From the IMG/VR virus record IMGVR_UViG_3300043466_004381, positions 1 to 57,807 of that record: DNA of 57,807 bases, one strand, 5' to 3'. Of the stretch, positions 19,326-29,163 are shown in pieces. The position numbers and the translations under genes were made by a program. Origin of the DNA: a virus. Its lineage: Duplodnaviria > Caudoviricetes. The stretch's first letter is position 1, and each line of letters begins with the position of its first letter. The notes beneath the pieces are model-generated. The model did not search any database. It was not told the origin of the DNA and saw only the letters and a list, made by a program, of their open reading frames with translations.

Positions 19326-20546
19326 TTAATTCCACTTTTTGAGAAATACTCTCTCAGAAGATCCATAGGGAGTGTTTAAGGCTTCAAGGTGACAGCCAAT
19401 ATTTTCAGGTAGTTCTAGAACCCGTTTTAATCCTATAGAGCGTAAGGTATCAATACTCTTATAGTACTTTTGTCTATTTTTATAATTTAAAATTATGTCT
19501 ACCTTTTCAGCAAATTCTTGTATGTTATTAAATTTAAGATCTGCAGGCGCCGAGGAGTATGTTTCCATGTCTTGACACAAACACGGTATACCGAGTGTTG
19601 CAGCTTCAATATACTTAATATCAGATTTTGACTTGTTAAAGCTATTATTTTGTAACGGTGCAATCATTAATTGAACATCAAGAGCTGCTATAGCACGAGG
19701 ATATTGTAATAAGTCTTGCCATGGGTGAAACTCTATTTCTCTTGTTTGAACGTATTTTGCGAGAGGCGGGGGAAACGACCCCATAAATACCCATTGATAT
19801 TTGTGTCTTGTGTCAATAACAAATTGTAATAGTTGTTCAAAATCGTCTTTACCGTTAACTTTGTTATCTACATCGTAATGTGCACCTGACCCGGTATAAA
19901 GAATACGCGGCTTCTTTTTGTTACTTTCATAACTTTCATAGACTTTTTTACGGTCAAAAAGATGTCCCATCCAAGAGTATGGCACAAAATTTGGTATTAC
20001 AGTTATTTCTTTTTTACCAGTTCGTTCTTGATAAAGCTTTTTCATATAGTCGCATGTAACGGTTACTTCATCACACATGTTAATTATATCAATACAGTTT
20101 TGCCTTATTTCATCATTATCAAAAGCAAACTTAAATTTATTATAGTCGGGGATATCTTCTCTAAATACCACATCATCTACTTCATATATTATTTTAAAGT
20201 TGTGTTGCTTTTGGACTTCTTTCAAAAATCCTAAAAACTGTTTTTGTGACGTGCTTGCTTGTCTTTGTACCTTTACACACTTTACACCTTCATACCAACG
20301 TGGATCGAAAACCATTGATGTTAAAGACGAAGAACAGCCTACCCCTGTAGCATTAATTATTTGTTCTGGCCATAATATTCTCCAATGTCCACAGCCGCTA
20401 TAATCTGCTAAATAATTTACATATCGCGGTAAAGATAATTCTCGCGGAGTCTCCACCTGTGTATGTTTTTGCTGCGTCGCATTTACTGCTTGCGGAAAAG
20501 GTTGCGGAAAAGGCGAAGAAAATGGTGTAGGTTGTAAAATAAACAT
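19326..20546 (-). CDS. GT-B fold glycosyltransferase
   Basis: SGCGHWRI, VQRQ, YEVDD, VTVT, VIPN, IAPLQNNSFNKSKSDIKYIEA..LGIP. Confidence 0.85.
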   Translation of the reverse strand: MFILQPTPFSSPFPQPFPQAVNATQQKHTQVETPRELSLPRYVNYLADYSGCGHWRILWPEQIINATGVGCSSSLTSMVFDPRWYEGVKCVKVQRQASTSQKQFLGFLKEVQKQHNFKIIYEVDDVVFREDIPDYNKFKFAFDNDEIRQNCIDIINMCDEVTVTCDYMKKLYQERTGKKEITVIPNFVPYSWMGHLFDRKKVYESYESNKKKPRILYTGSGAHYDVDNKVNGKDDFEQLLQFVIDTRHKYQWVFMGSFPPPLAKYVQTREIEFHPWQDLLQYPRAIAALDVQLMIAPLQNNSFNKSKSDIKYIEAATLGIPCLCQDMETYSSAPADLKFNNIQEFAEKVDIILNYKNRQKYYKSIDTLRSIGLKRVLELPENIGCHLEALNTPYGSSERVFLKKWN

Positions 20547-20580
20547 TTGTAATAATTAGCTAATATTATTAAATTTTCAA

Positions 20581-22392
20581 CTAAACATCTTCATATTGTA
20601 TGCGTTTTGTTATACCGTTTTGTTTTTCGAGGAAAATTACATTACCTTTTCTACCTGTAGCTTTTATAGATTCTTTTCTGTGAGAAATAATCATAGTACT
20701 TTCATCAAGCTCTTCCACGCGGTCTCTTAAAATATTAGTAATTAGCTCGAGACCTTTTTCATCAAACGATGAATCAAAAAGCTCATCATACATAGCAATA
20801 TTATATTGTACACCACCTTGCATTCTTCTTAAATCTGAAAATGTAAAAAGGCACGCTAAATCAATAGACTTACGTTCCGCACCCGAAAAGTTAAAATAAG
20901 AACATACCTTGTTCTTTTCGTTTAAAATCTCTTCTTCAAAATACTCATTAAAGATGCAGATAGAGCTTGAATCGAGTTTTTTTAAATAAAATAGTAACCT
21001 ACTGTTTAGAAGGTCAAGTAATTTATTAACTATATATGACTTAACACCCTCTTCACTTAAAACAAATTTAACAATATCAAGCTCGCTTATTTTTTTCTTT
21101 TTTTCTTCAATTTCCGCTGCTAGGGTTTTATGTCTTACACTAATTTCATCTATTACGCTATCAAAATCTGTATTGTTGTTACTTATGACAGAGAGATCTA
21201 CCTCTAGCTCTTGTAGTCGATTATCGAGTTGTCTAATTTTTTCAAGCTTATTATTTTTACTTTGTATATTTAAAAGTGATTGATTAATCTCAGATTGAAA
21301 TTGTACGGTCTTATTTTTTATTTTAGTTTTTTTGTCGGTCATTTCATTAAGAGAGGTAATATTTTGCTTTACTTTAAGCGCAATTAATTCTATTTCAGCT
21401 TTAATTTTTTTCTTTTCTGCTTCTATTAAATTAATATTATGTTCCTCTATTTCTCTCAAGCATACTGGGCACTTTTCGTCTGATGTACCTATTTTTTCAT
21501 ACATACTTTTAAGTGTAAGTATGTGATGTTTGTCTGTTGCGATTTCTGTTGTTAGTTTTGTAATCTTATCTTCACAGACAGCAAGACCTCTTTCACAATT
21601 TTCAATATTTTCTCTATGCGCTGAGGTATCTATCTCGTGTATCGAACTAACCTCCTTAGTAATTTCTTCTTTTTCAAGTATAATATTTTTTTGTCTTTGA
21701 AGGTGAAGTGTTTTTGCTTCATTTCGCTTATTGATAATATTTTCACGCTGTTGAATATAGCCTGCATGCGAGCGTTGTATCTCTTCTAACGCTGTATTAT
21801 TTAAATCATAATCGCGTTTTATGTCGTTATATTCACCTCTAAGCTGGGATATCATTTCACTAAAAACCTCTAGTCCAAAAATATCTTCAATAAATTTTCG
21901 CTTTTCAATTTTTGTTTTTGCCATAAATGGAACTGCGTTATTCACTGTCATTATAACGCAGTTTTTAAAAATCGCAGGTGATGCGCTTAATAAATCTAAT
22001 ATATATTTTGTTGTATTGGCTATACTATCGTGTGTTTTATCGGTATCATTTTCATAAATTTGTAGCTTTGATGGTGAGAGAGTACGAATAATGGTATAGC
22101 TATTTTTCGATGTTGGTGTTATTATTTCAAAATCTAACTCTATGTGTGTTTTACCACTGGTTAGATTATTAGGTATAAGATCTTTTTTTATTTCTCTTAA
22201 CGTTTCACCGAAGATAGCAAAATAAACAGAATCAGCGATAGTAGATTTACCTATAGCGTTTCGTCTTTCAGGTTTATCTTTATTAATACCAGTAATTACA
22301 TGTAAACCTTTTTTAAATTCAACAATAACAGGCTCCTCGCCTATAGATAGAAAATTTTTTATTTTTATTTTATTAAAATTTACTCTTTTCAT
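20581..22392 (-). CDS. gp46: Recombination exonuclease ATPase subunit (gp46/SbcC-like)
   Basis: KNFLSIG, NAIGKST, Zn hook CPVC, FSGAE, YDELFDSSFD, IISH. Confidence 0.95.
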   Translation of the reverse strand: MKRVNFNKIKIKNFLSIGEEPVIVEFKKGLHVITGINKDKPERRNAIGKSTIADSVYFAIFGETLREIKKDLIPNNLTSGKTHIELDFEIITPTSKNSYTIIRTLSPSKLQIYENDTDKTHDSIANTTKYILDLLSASPAIFKNCVIMTVNNAVPFMAKTKIEKRKFIEDIFGLEVFSEMISQLRGEYNDIKRDYDLNNTALEEIQRSHAGYIQQRENIINKRNEAKTLHLQRQKNIILEKEEITKEVSSIHEIDTSAHRENIENCERGLAVCEDKITKLTTEIATDKHHILTLKSMYEKIGTSDEKCPVCLREIEEHNINLIEAEKKKIKAEIELIALKVKQNITSLNEMTDKKTKIKNKTVQFQSEINQSLLNIQSKNNKLEKIRQLDNRLQELEVDLSVISNNNTDFDSVIDEISVRHKTLAAEIEEKKKKISELDIVKFVLSEEGVKSYIVNKLLDLLNSRLLFYLKKLDSSSICIFNEYFEEEILNEKNKVCSYFNFSGAERKSIDLACLFTFSDLRRMQGGVQYNIAMYDELFDSSFDEKGLELITNILRDRVEELDESTMIISHRKESIKATGRKGNVIFLEKQNGITKRIQYEDV

Positions 22393-23444
22393 AAATAGCA
22401 GCTTTTATATAGCTTTAATGTATAATCTATAATAGCTTTTTTATCCTTAATTTCAAGAAGATTAACAAATTCAACTATAGCTTGCTCGATGTCTACTCCA
22501 GATAGATCTTCACGTTGTTTGCTTTCATCTATTAGCCGGTTAAAATTAATATCATAATCTACGGTAAGTTCTTGAGGCTTAAGCAGACTAATTTTTTGAA
22601 GAAGTAAATCAACATCCTCTTGTGAGATATTTTTATCTATCTTGAGTTTAACAATATTATTATGTATGTTGTTAATTACCTCAGATGTAAAATTGCCTGC
22701 ATGTACGAGGTCGCTGAGTGATATTTTCTTGTATTTTGGTGAAATTGTATTTTCGAAAAATTCGTATTCTGAGGTATCGATATTAAGAGTATAGTACCCC
22801 TTGCTATTATCCAAATCACCAAAATCCATTTGAAAGGGATTGCCAACATACTGTATGGTGCCATTACTGTATTGCTTACTATGTCTTATATGGAAGTGAC
22901 CAGAAAATAATAAGGGACATTTATTTAAAATATCTTTTACTTTAATACCCTCTTCGCAAACTTTATACGAGTTCATTGAAAATGATTCAATCTCAAAGTG
23001 TCCAAAGACAATATCACTCTTAGTAATATTTGTAATGTCTGTATTCCATGGGCAGAAGGTTATTGTTTTACCAAACTGATTTATCGTTACTGTATTTGCA
23101 TCTATAATAGATATATTTTCTCTATTTTTAAAGATAGAGAGAGAGTTAACATCTGTTCTATGTTTGTAAAACAAATCATGATTTCCAGCAATAGCTATAA
23201 TATTAAAATCACTTAATATTTCTAAAATATCCGCCGACACCTGTAATGTATTAACGGATATTTCATTACGATTATGATGCCAATCACCACAAAATACTAT
23301 ATCTGTTATTTGTTTTTTGTGGAGTTCATCTCTTAGCCATTTCGCCCAGTTAAGTGCTATACCATGCCAGGTAGTGCTATTTACATGTATGCCAAGATGG
23401 AGATCTGAAATTACTGCTATGGTAGAATTTTTAAATTTAATCAT
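22389..23444 (-). CDS. gp47: Recombination nuclease subunit (gp47/SbcD-like)
   Basis: SDLHLG, GDWHH, GNHD, GHFE, SGHFH, YVGNP. Start reassigned to MIKFK. Confidence 0.92.
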   Translation of the reverse strand: MIKFKNSTIAVISDLHLGIHVNSTTWHGIALNWAKWLRDELHKKQITDIVFCGDWHHNRNEISVNTLQVSADILEILSDFNIIAIAGNHDLFYKHRTDVNSLSIFKNRENISIIDANTVTINQFGKTITFCPWNTDITNITKSDIVFGHFEIESFSMNSYKVCEEGIKVKDILNKCPLLFSGHFHIRHSKQYSNGTIQYVGNPFQMDFGDLDNSKGYYTLNIDTSEYEFFENTISPKYKKISLSDLVHAGNFTSEVINNIHNNIVKLKIDKNISQEDVDLLLQKISLLKPQELTVDYDINFNRLIDESKQREDLSGVDIEQAIVEFVNLLEIKDKKAIIDYTLKLYKSCYL

Positions 23445-23883
23445 CGCTATAACTGTCGCTATCACCAACAGGCTTTACATAAATATGTCCATTACATATC
23501 TCAGGGTCAGACATAATATCTTCGTACATTTTTTCTCTATAGTTTTTTACCGCTTCGTGGTGTCTTTTTTCTTTTTTAATACGGTTAATAAATGCGTGAA
23601 AGGCTATTGTTGTGAAGTAAGAGAAGGGGTTAGAGTTATTATCAAAATTATATTTTTTATACTTTAAAGCAGCATACATTTTAATAAGAGCATCTCCAAT
23701 CATATCATCCTTGTAAGTATAGTTTATAAAGGATGGATTATAGCTCAGGCCATAAGCAATTTTTTTAATATTTTCTGCAAGATCATCAGTCATAGTATCT
23801 GATTCATAATAGACCCTTAATGATTCTTTAAATTCTTTTGGATCAATATAATAATGATCTTTGTCTTTTACTTCTTTAGCCAT
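23437..23883 (-). CDS. gp55: Late-transcription sigma factor (T4 gp55-like)
   Basis: HYYID..EF, KIAYGLS..PSFINYTYKDDMIGDA, NPFSYFT.IAFHAFINRIKKEK. Start reassigned to MAKEV after TTGATA-N16-TATACT. Confidence 0.92.
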   Translation of the reverse strand: MAKEVKDKDHYYIDPKEFKESLRVYYESDTMTDDLAENIKKIAYGLSYNPSFINYTYKDDMIGDALIKMYAALKYKKYNFDNNSNPFSYFTTIAFHAFINRIKKEKRHHEAVKNYREKMYEDIMSDPEICNGHIYVKPVGDSDSYSDD

Positions 23884-23915
23884 CTTACTTAAGTATATTT
23901 TATTAATTTTATATA

Positions 23916-25352
23916 TCAAGTATTTTTAATATATTTTGTTGTAAATTTTATTTTTTCCTTTGTGTAAATTTCTTGTCTTTTTAAACTATGTGCTAAGCTG
24001 TAACGTAAATTGTCTATTAAATCTATTATAATTAATTTTTCTTTATTAGTATGTTTACGTAGACCGCGACCGATAGATTGGACGGTTCTAATAAAAGATT
24101 TACCCCCAGCAGCAAAAATAATATTATGTAAATTTTTAATATTTATACCTGTAGAAAAAATAGCACTTATAGCAATACATATTACATTGTTGTTTTTTTC
24201 CATTTGTTGTTTTATTTGTTCGCGTTCTATAACATCAACTTCACCTCGTATAAAATACACCTGCTTGTTAGTTAGTTTAGCGATTGTTTTGAAAAGAACT
24301 TCACCGTGTTCTATATAATTTACTAAAATTAAAGTATTGTTTTCGAGCTTGTTACATATACTTCGTATTAAATTATTTCTAAATTCATTATTGTTTATAA
24401 ATTGTAGCTCGTCTCTATAATTGTTACCGGTAGTGTTAATTGGTGATTCACAATAGTCAATATTAATACCTTTTACTTCTGCGTTTACTAAAAAATCTTC
24501 TACACGAAGTTCAAAGCTATTTTTTTCAAATATAACAGGTCCAAATTTACCTATAATGGTCCAGATGTCGATTTGATCTTCAGGTAATGTACCAGTAAAC
24601 CCATACCTGTTCTGTGTTTTAATTTTTGAAACGATTTTACTAATCTTATTATCTGATTTTATTTTATGACATTCATCAACAATTAAAAGATCGACATATT
24701 TTACCCAATCGTTATCATCAAATTGACTTTGTAAAATACCTATATTGCAAATAATTGTATTAGCGGTAAGATCGGGTGTATGTGAGCCTGTCCATTTTGT
24801 TACTTTAAAGGTTGATCCGCAGTTTTTAAATTCTTCATAAGTTTGTTCAACTAACCCAAGGTCAGGTACTATTACAAGACATTTAAATAATTCTTTATTT
24901 TTTTGTTTTATGAAGTAATTCTCAATAAGCGCAGCGGTGGTAAATGTCTTACCTGCACCTGTACCTAAAACGCATGTGCCACGTCCTACTTTTAAAGCTT
25001 TTTCAAGAACATTAATTTGATAATCTCTTAGTTCAAATTTAAACGTTTTATATACGCTGTGTTGCGACCCTGTGTTTAATATAGCTTTTAATTTTTCGGT
25101 TAAAACTATGTCGCATATAATTTGATTATCTATAAAAAACTTGCGTATAAGCCAGTATAGCCCTAAATCACACGCACCTAATGGAGTAATAATGTATTTT
25201 CGTTGCGGTATATATCGACTATAGCGACGCGCGAAACGAGCTCCTGTATTTTCTACGCTAAAATAATCTCTTAAACGTGTAAAAGTATCCTTATCTTCTA
25301 CTTTAACGATAAGTTTTGTAGTATTACTATTATAATCGAACGTAACATTCAT
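23916..25352 (-). CDS. uvsW: SF2 helicase UvsW
   Basis: LRDYQ, TGAGKT, DECH, GFTGT, STGINIKNLH, QSIGRGLR. Confidence 0.93.
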   Translation of the reverse strand: MNVTFDYNSNTTKLIVKVEDKDTFTRLRDYFSVENTGARFARRYSRYIPQRKYIITPLGACDLGLYWLIRKFFIDNQIICDIVLTEKLKAILNTGSQHSVYKTFKFELRDYQINVLEKALKVGRGTCVLGTGAGKTFTTAALIENYFIKQKNKELFKCLVIVPDLGLVEQTYEEFKNCGSTFKVTKWTGSHTPDLTANTIICNIGILQSQFDDNDWVKYVDLLIVDECHKIKSDNKISKIVSKIKTQNRYGFTGTLPEDQIDIWTIIGKFGPVIFEKNSFELRVEDFLVNAEVKGINIDYCESPINTTGNNYRDELQFINNNEFRNNLIRSICNKLENNTLILVNYIEHGEVLFKTIAKLTNKQVYFIRGEVDVIEREQIKQQMEKNNNVICIAISAIFSTGINIKNLHNIIFAAGGKSFIRTVQSIGRGLRKHTNKEKLIIIDLIDNLRYSLAHSLKRQEIYTKEKIKFTTKYIKNT

Positions 25353-25747
25353 TATAACTGCTCCATCTGATTAATTTGTATAATGTTTTTTATTTCCCAA
25401 TGAATAGAACTGAATATTTTTTCAACTTTTTCGAGATATTCAATTATAAAATCGAGTTCTTTAAGTTTATCATTAATAATTTCTATATCTGAGGTGTTTT
25501 CCGCGGCAGCTTCTGCTGTCTGCGTTGTTATTTTGATAGGACTTTCATTAATAATACGCGCTACAAGTTCTTTTTTGTGTTGTTTTTTCTTAGAAAGAAG
25601 TTTGGTTTTATTTATTTTTGCGTCCATTAATCTCGCAACCCAAAAATGTTTACGAGATGGTAGTTTCATTTGCGAGTCTTTAATGTTAAAGTCATCAATT
25701 ATAAGATCTTTATTGACTTCTTCTATGTATCTTTTAAGAGTCTCCAC
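25352..25747 (-). CDS. uvsY: Recombination mediator UvsY-like
   Basis: 131-aa helical protein, DLIID...YLEKVEK...WEIKNII; adjacent to uvsW. Confidence 0.8.
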   Translation of the reverse strand: METLKRYIEEVNKDLIIDDFNIKDSQMKLPSRKHFWVARLMDAKINKTKLLSKKKQHKKELVARIINESPIKITTQTAEAAAENTSDIEIINDKLKELDFIIEYLEKVEKIFSSIHWEIKNIIQINQMEQL

Positions 25748-25753
25748 AGCATT

Positions 25754-25781
25754 ATTATAAATATAAATGTAATGGAATCAA
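25754..25781. promoter_or_regulatory. Overlapping divergent promoters
   Basis: Minus: TTGATT-N16-TATAAT-N6-GTG (uvsY). Plus: TATAAATA 25756-25763 overlapping that -10 box. Confidence 0.6.
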
Positions 25782-26002
25782 GGGGAAAATTCGAGCGTCG
25801 CTTTTTAGTGGTTTTACAGGAAGATTCCACAGTAGCATCTACTGTAGGTAGTTCAGCGGGAGGCTATGATCCACATGCAGGTAGTATTAATTCTAAAGAT
25901 TCTTATGCAACTGATGATATGCGTATAGCAACACCGCCGTCAGTTATACAGACTCGTAAAGGTGCTATAAAACGTAAACGTAAATTAAAGCGTAAAAAAT
26001 GA
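25772..26002 (+). CDS. Small late protein with capsid-N-arm-like motif and basic tail
   Basis: Start reassigned to ATG 25772. GSINSKDSYATDDMR matches gp23 GSINSTDSYANGDAR; C-terminus KRKRKLKRKK. Confidence 0.65.
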   Translation: MESRGKFERRFLVVLQEDSTVASTVGSSAGGYDPHAGSINSKDSYATDDMRIATPPSVIQTRKGAIKRKRKLKRKK

Positions 26003-26412
26003 AATATGGTCATTGGAAAACAGATTTTATTTTAGAAGAAGCCAGTGAAGTTCCTTTTGGGTTTATTTATGAAATAACTAATCTTACAAACAACCGTAAA
26101 TATATAGGCAAGAAGCAATGCCTTAGTGTTAAAAAGCGCCCTCCTTTAAAAGGCAAAACAAAAAAACGTCATCAAATTGTTGAGACGGATTGGAGAACCT
26201 ATACATCCTCTTCGAACGAACTCAATAACGATATATCTATCTTAGGTATAGAAAATTTTTTATTTAAGATTATAATGTGGTGTAATTCTAAATGGGAACT
26301 TAGCTATCATGAAGCTAAGTTACAGTTTGAAAAAGAAGTACTTTTAAACGATGAATATTATAACGGCATCATCAACCTCCGAATCGGTAAAAGACCAAAA
26401 CGAAGTTTATAG
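25999..26412 (+). CDS. GIY-YIG family endonuclease
   Basis: GFIYEITNLTNNRKYIGKK...DWRTYTSSS...YYNG. Confidence 0.85.
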   Translation: MKYGHWKTDFILEEASEVPFGFIYEITNLTNNRKYIGKKQCLSVKKRPPLKGKTKKRHQIVETDWRTYTSSSNELNNDISILGIENFLFKIIMWCNSKWELSYHEAKLQFEKEVLLNDEYYNGIINLRIGKRPKRSL

Positions 26413-26908
26413 TCATAATATACGTGGTATAAATTTTGTTAATTTAGATAAATTTTATCAGGAGGCATTTTTTGCTACAAATCGAACTGCTTATGAATAT
26501 AATATAGAGTTTAATTTTAAAAATAAAGATATAAAAAAAATTTTTTATAATGCTTTTATTTTTACTTTGTGTGAGTTTTTGAAAAACAATAAGCATTCAA
26601 ATGTTTTTTATTTTAACAAGAACACAGAAAATAAGCATTATTATTTTATTGTTAATAAATGCAGGGTACTGTTACCTATCCATGTGCTTATAAAAAGCAT
26701 ATCCTTTAAAGATGTTATTGATCTTATTAACAATAACGATGCAGAAATGTGTTCAGAGTTTGAAACAATTATAGCATGTATGCGGCAGTTTGATGTGTAT
26801 GGTTTTAGTTTTAAACGATTAAACAGTTTTTTAAGTAAGAATGAACTCAATTTTCTCAAAAATACATATTTTACACAGCATCAAATAAAACTCACGCTTT
26901 TAACATAA
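26351..26908 (+). CDS. Hypothetical protein
   Basis: 185-aa ORF in the plus-strand run; start uncertain. Confidence 0.5.
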   Translation: MNIITASSTSESVKDQNEVYSHNIRGINFVNLDKFYQEAFFATNRTAYEYNIEFNFKNKDIKKIFYNAFIFTLCEFLKNNKHSNVFYFNKNTENKHYYFIVNKCRVLLPIHVLIKSISFKDVIDLINNNDAEMCSEFETIIACMRQFDVYGFSFKRLNSFLSKNELNFLKNTYFTQHQIKLTLLT

Positions 26909-26916
26909 ATAATAGC

Positions 26917-27339
26917 ATGAGTAAGTTTCTCAAAATAGTAGAGGAGAATAGACCGCTCACCTCTCAAGAGCTAGATAAAGTTACACCTATTAAGCGTATT
27001 TTTCAGAAAGCGTTGTTATCTAATGAAAACAAGTCTATGCTCGATAATCTTGGGCTATCTAAAGTTGAAGTAACAGATAATAGCAATGATATTACACTAA
27101 GATTCAAAGACGGATTTGTTGTTATGTATACAGCTGAAGCAATGAAAGAAGAGGAAACAGAAGATCCGGTTACTAGTGCTGCAGAAACAGTTGCTGCAGA
27201 AGACCCACAAGGAAAAAAACCAACAACCCAGGCGCTCAAACGATATAGAACAATATTAAGAACAGTGGAAACCAAGTTACCTACTGCTCTTGACAACAAA
27301 ACCGCTGGTTTAAAATCTGTAGTAAATAGTATAAAATAA
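26917..27339 (+). CDS. Late protein, candidate internal head protein
   Basis: CATAAATA 26904-26911 lies 5 nt before the ATG; N-terminus MSKFLKIVEE. Confidence 0.6.
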   Translation: MSKFLKIVEENRPLTSQELDKVTPIKRIFQKALLSNENKSMLDNLGLSKVEVTDNSNDITLRFKDGFVVMYTAEAMKEEETEDPVTSAAETVAAEDPQGKKPTTQALKRYRTILRTVETKLPTALDNKTAGLKSVVNSIK

Positions 27340-27698
27340 TGAAAACACTTAAACTTATTGACAAATATATAAGGCTCTTAGAACAAGATATGCAGCCTGT
27401 ACCGCAGCAGTCTGATCAGACTGCGGAAGCTCCACCGGTAGATGCTACGGATATTGCAACACAACCTGAAGAACCGGAAGTATTACCTTTAACATCCATG
27501 GGTGAAAAAAGGCTTATTATGCTTCTTGTACAGGCGTTTGAGCATTCACCGACTGAACAAGAGCTTGAAATTGTTGATGCGATTGATTTAGAATTTAAAG
27601 AAACAAATCCGAAAGAAGTTGTTAGTACAATTCTAAGACTTCTTAATAGCACTTCTACAGGTGATAAGGAGATGATTGATAGAATAGATAATCAATAA
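27339..27698 (+). CDS. Acidic late protein, candidate prohead core protein
   Basis: MKTLKLIDKYIRLLEQ followed by a P/E/Q/A-rich linker. Confidence 0.55.
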   Translation: MKTLKLIDKYIRLLEQDMQPVPQQSDQTAEAPPVDATDIATQPEEPEVLPLTSMGEKRLIMLLVQAFEHSPTEQELEIVDAIDLEFKETNPKEVVSTILRLLNSTSTGDKEMIDRIDNQ

Positions 27699-27734
27699 AA
27701 TTAACAAACAAAGATTTTTTTTATAAATAATATT

Positions 27735-28178
27735 ATGATCAAAAAAGAAGATCAAAAATCTCTTGCTCACGCTTATAGCTTAGTTGTAGAAATGAATTTA
27801 GGACCAGCAGGCGCAGGGATACAGCCTGTAGGCAAGCCAGTCATTGTAACGATGGATTTACCTGGCGCGCAGCCTGAGTTTGAAAAAGATGAAACTAGCG
27901 AACAGGAAGAAGAACATGATTGCAGTGAAATTGAAATGGCTGCAGCAGATCTGTTTAAAATTGCAGAATATGCACCAAAATTACAATCTGTAATTTCGCA
28001 AATGCCAGGTCTAGAAGGGTGGGTTGCAGCTAAAATTACAAAAGCTAGTGACTATTTATCATCTGTTTATCACTGGCTACATTATCAACAGAATAGTAAC
28101 AATAATACTACAGATACAGCTACAAACGCAGGAATGTTTAATGCTGGATATGCAGATAATGAAGATTGTTGTAATTGA
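27735..28178 (+). CDS. Late hypothetical protein
   Basis: TATAAATA 27722-27729 lies 5 nt before the ATG. The LEGWVAAKITKASDYLSSVYHWL motif resembles one I recall from T4-like phage hypothetical proteins. Confidence 0.65.
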   Translation: MIKKEDQKSLAHAYSLVVEMNLGPAGAGIQPVGKPVIVTMDLPGAQPEFEKDETSEQEEEHDCSEIEMAAADLFKIAEYAPKLQSVISQMPGLEGWVAAKITKASDYLSSVYHWLHYQQNSNNNTTDTATNAGMFNAGYADNEDCCN

Positions 28179-28180
28179 TA

Positions 28181-28624
28181 ATGAAATCGTTCAAGCAATT
28201 TTTTGAAAAAACAATAATAGGTCTTATTGAGCATATAGACCTTCATGGTATAGGTACTGTTGAAGCGAAAATCGACTCAGGTAATGGGGCGTTTAATGTA
28301 TTACACGGGGAAGATATTACACAACAAGGTAATAAGGTTACTTTTACAACCGTTAACAATAAGCGTATTATTAAAGATGTAGAAGATACAATTGTTATTA
28401 ATGTAGGAGCTGGTAACACAGAGGAAAGACCGGTTGTAAAATTCCGTATGAAATTTGGAGGTCGTGAGTTTGATAATGTACCGTTTAGTATAGGTAACAG
28501 ATCATCAAATGAGTATAAAATACTAGTTGGTAAAGACTTTATTAAGCAGCTTGATGCATTAATTGATATTGATTCAAAACATATTGCGGATAAGCAACTT
28601 GTGGTACAGATTGATACCAAGTAG
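28181..28624 (+). CDS. Retropepsin-like aspartic protease (RimK-associated family)
   Basis: AKIDSGNG, ERPVV, NRS..EYKILVGKDFI; N-terminus MKSFKQFFE. Confidence 0.85.
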   Translation: MKSFKQFFEKTIIGLIEHIDLHGIGTVEAKIDSGNGAFNVLHGEDITQQGNKVTFTTVNNKRIIKDVEDTIVINVGAGNTEERPVVKFRMKFGGREFDNVPFSIGNRSSNEYKILVGKDFIKQLDALIDIDSKHIADKQLVVQIDTK

Positions 28625-29141
28625 GTGAATTACGTTTAGTCCAGACAGCGAAATCTTTATCATACATTATATACGCTCTATATTGTGCAATAACATCGAG
28701 TTTATTAAAATCCGTAATCTTACGACATTCACAGTCAGATGCTATAGCTACCGTAAAAGGTGTTAGCGATGCTTTTTGTATTGTGGTGTTATGTAAATTT
28801 TTGCTACACCAAATAATAAACTCTTTCGTAAAGTGTTCAGTTGAATTCGGCCATCTATACATACGCTCATTAAATTGTTCGAGTGTATGATTGACTAGCC
28901 ACATAAAGTTTTCCTTAGATTCACGAGCCCAAATAGAGCATTGATGCTTAGCATAACCTTTACCTGATTTACGCGGGTTACCTGTTTTTGTTTTAGGTGT
29001 TGAAGGGTGATTTAAAACTTCTTGTGGAAAAGCATGCGCTAACATAATCGCACCTTCAATTTGCATCTTCGAGCGTACGTGTTTATCGCAAAGATCCTGT
29101 GCTGCTAACACGGGATCTTCGTTAGTTACAAAAATGTTCAT
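28542..29141 (-). CDS. Pyrimidine-dimer DNA glycosylase/endonuclease V-like protein
   Basis: MNIF...DPVLAAQDLCDKHV..KMQIE..ML, HQCSIWARES..NFMWL, YRAYIM.DK. Confidence 0.75.
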   Translation of the reverse strand: MNIFVTNEDPVLAAQDLCDKHVRSKMQIEGAIMLAHAFPQEVLNHPSTPKTKTGNPRKSGKGYAKHQCSIWARESKENFMWLVNHTLEQFNERMYRWPNSTEHFTKEFIIWCSKNLHNTTIQKASLTPFTVAIASDCECRKITDFNKLDVIAQYRAYIMYDKDFAVWTKRNSPTWYQSVPQVAYPQYVLNQYQLMHQAA

Positions 29142-29163
29142 ACTTTATTTTAAGTATGTTCCT

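Noticed and set aside
9850-25352. Inteins or introns in gp41, uvsX, gp43, gp46 or uvsW
   Set aside because: Lengths are normal and motifs are contiguous.
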